From NCBI GenBank assembly GCA_037379345.1, contig CM074511.1, positions 2,480,001 through 2,544,000 on the forward strand: 64,000 nucleotides of DNA, in the 5' to 3' direction. Source of the stretch: Perna viridis (lineage: Eukaryota). Of the stretch, positions 62,576 through 64,000 are shown piece by piece. The notes below the pieces were generated by a model. It saw nothing but the letters and a program-made list of their open reading frames with translations, was not told the DNA's origin and made no database searches. The position numbers and the translations under genes were made by a program. Positions within the stretch are counted from its first letter, which is position 1; each line of letters begins with the position of its first letter.

Positions 62576-63620
62576 GAAAGGAAACTATGACACGTTGAAC
62601 AAATCAGTGTTCCTGGTGCCGATGGATACACCGTAACGATCCACGATATCATAATGGCGACCATAAGACTTCTGTAGTGATGACTTCAATCTTGTAGCAA
62701 CCCTGTTCCAGAAGCATAGAAGTCTAGCGCGATACAAAAAGTCTACGTTGTTTCGGCAAGCTCTGACATAATTTATGAGTTGTGATATGAACACTCCATA
62801 CGCAGGTGCTGAAGGGATGTTGCCACAGATGAAAGGAAAGTTGACAATTCTGAATGAAAAGTCATCACGTTTGTCGTAAAGTTTGGTCGATAGATTTCCC
62901 TTACCATTGATTTCTAAGTGTATGTCAAGATATTAGGCTGACTTCACAGTGTCCGTAGTATCCTCTATCACAAGTTCTTTTGGGGTAGATCAAATCCCCA
63001 AAATTAGGACTGTTTAAAGATAATACGTCATATATATAGCGGAAACTGAGATTAAAGGCTCTAGCTAAACGATATTCTTTCTTTCGGATCAGTTAAGCTA
63101 TAAAGTCAGACTCAGTAAGAATGAAGGAATAGGTTAGCAAGTAGAGGAGCACAATGTTCTTCCATTGGAGTGCCGACCGTTTGTTGAAAAACGCGTCCAC
63201 CAAACTGGACAAATATGTTGTCGATGAAAAATTCCAGCATTTTGTAAACATCTGTGTATTTGGAAGAGGATTTGGAATTATTACTAACAAAGTATGAGGA
63301 ATCTCTACCAAGAACTTTATATTTGTATCTAGGTGTACCATCCTTTTTTAGAAAACAACGATGTATAATGTTTTTAAGTCGGGATTTTAACTGAGTATGG
63401 GGAATAGAAGTATATAGTGTTGAAAAATAATAGGTTTTAATGCTATTATATTCTGATAATAGTCTTGAACTGATTGTCTCCAAAAGATCTTTCGAATTTT
63501 TCAGGATCCACATTGAATTAATACCACTACGGGAGCAACAAGTGTTGTGGTAGGACTATAGACCCTCCTTGACAGCTGTGAGTATAGAAGTTAAAAGTTT
63601 TGAAAGAGGTTTGGTGGTAC
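62576..63620 (-). mobile_element. Naiad-type PLE RT, same family as 46367-47945
   Basis: TTKPLSKLLTSIL..MWILKNSKDLL..FSTLYTSIPH..FQQTVG.PM..CAPLLA.LF..ISQLI.Y.RAC..TDLFNVS*. Confidence 0.9.
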
Positions 63621-64000
63621 TTATTAAAATGGGGTTTTCGTGGACATGGAAATGAATAATTATCATACCTGAAATGGGATCAACATAATGAACAGATTTC
63701 GAAATATCCATATAACGTACCATTTGGATTACAGCCATTTGTTGTAGGTGCTGAACCTCCTGTCATCGCACTTGGAAGGTCTCTTAACATAGGGTACCCA
63801 GGGTACATTGTCCTCTAATGTGTTGTTTGATGCCGAGGTTGAGGTGTATGCTGTGTCCGATTCTAGTGAAGATTTGGTGTGAGAAGTTGAACAATTGTCC
63901 TAAGACTTGATGTTTAAATCTGTATGTCATCATGTAACTAATGTTTTCAACCGTGATGTTGATCATCGGGCCATGAACGACTGACAACTGTCCAGTTGTA

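Noticed and set aside
63620-64000. ORFs 63556-63738 and 63784-63987 as the N-terminal GIY-YIG part of the adjacent PLE
   Set aside because: No recognisable GIY-YIG or CxC motif, and homology to the RT stops abruptly near 63620.

Overview
AT-rich, intron-containing animal genomic DNA, most likely a bivalve mollusc (inferred from the transposon content, not proven). Host genes, all on the + strand: a GT11 alpha-1,2-fucosyltransferase (micro-exon 3762-3798 plus main exon 4103-5265); a complete 9-exon PRDM14 orthologue (9824-19656); and two tandem PAN/apple + C-type lectin paralogues (37139-44783 apparently intact; 52149-54292 probably decaying). The centre of the window (25264-36729) is a decayed minus-strand Ty3/Gypsy LTR retrotransposon. 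It has a PNMA-like gag, a -1 frameshift signal, a truncated pol and an extra SGNH/GDSL-hydrolase ORF in the env position that looks as if it is expressed by retrovirus-style splicing. Two younger elements sit in its leader: an APE-RT LINE (29279-32995) and a very young KolobokP-type composite DNA transposon with an LDR-INT-INT-LDR layout, suggesting precise excision of a middle LDR (33539-36211). The rest holds many Penelope-like (Naiad-type) fragments, minisatellites (one born from a retroelement RT coding segment), MITE/foldback elements and microsatellites. All coordinates and alignments were done by eye.
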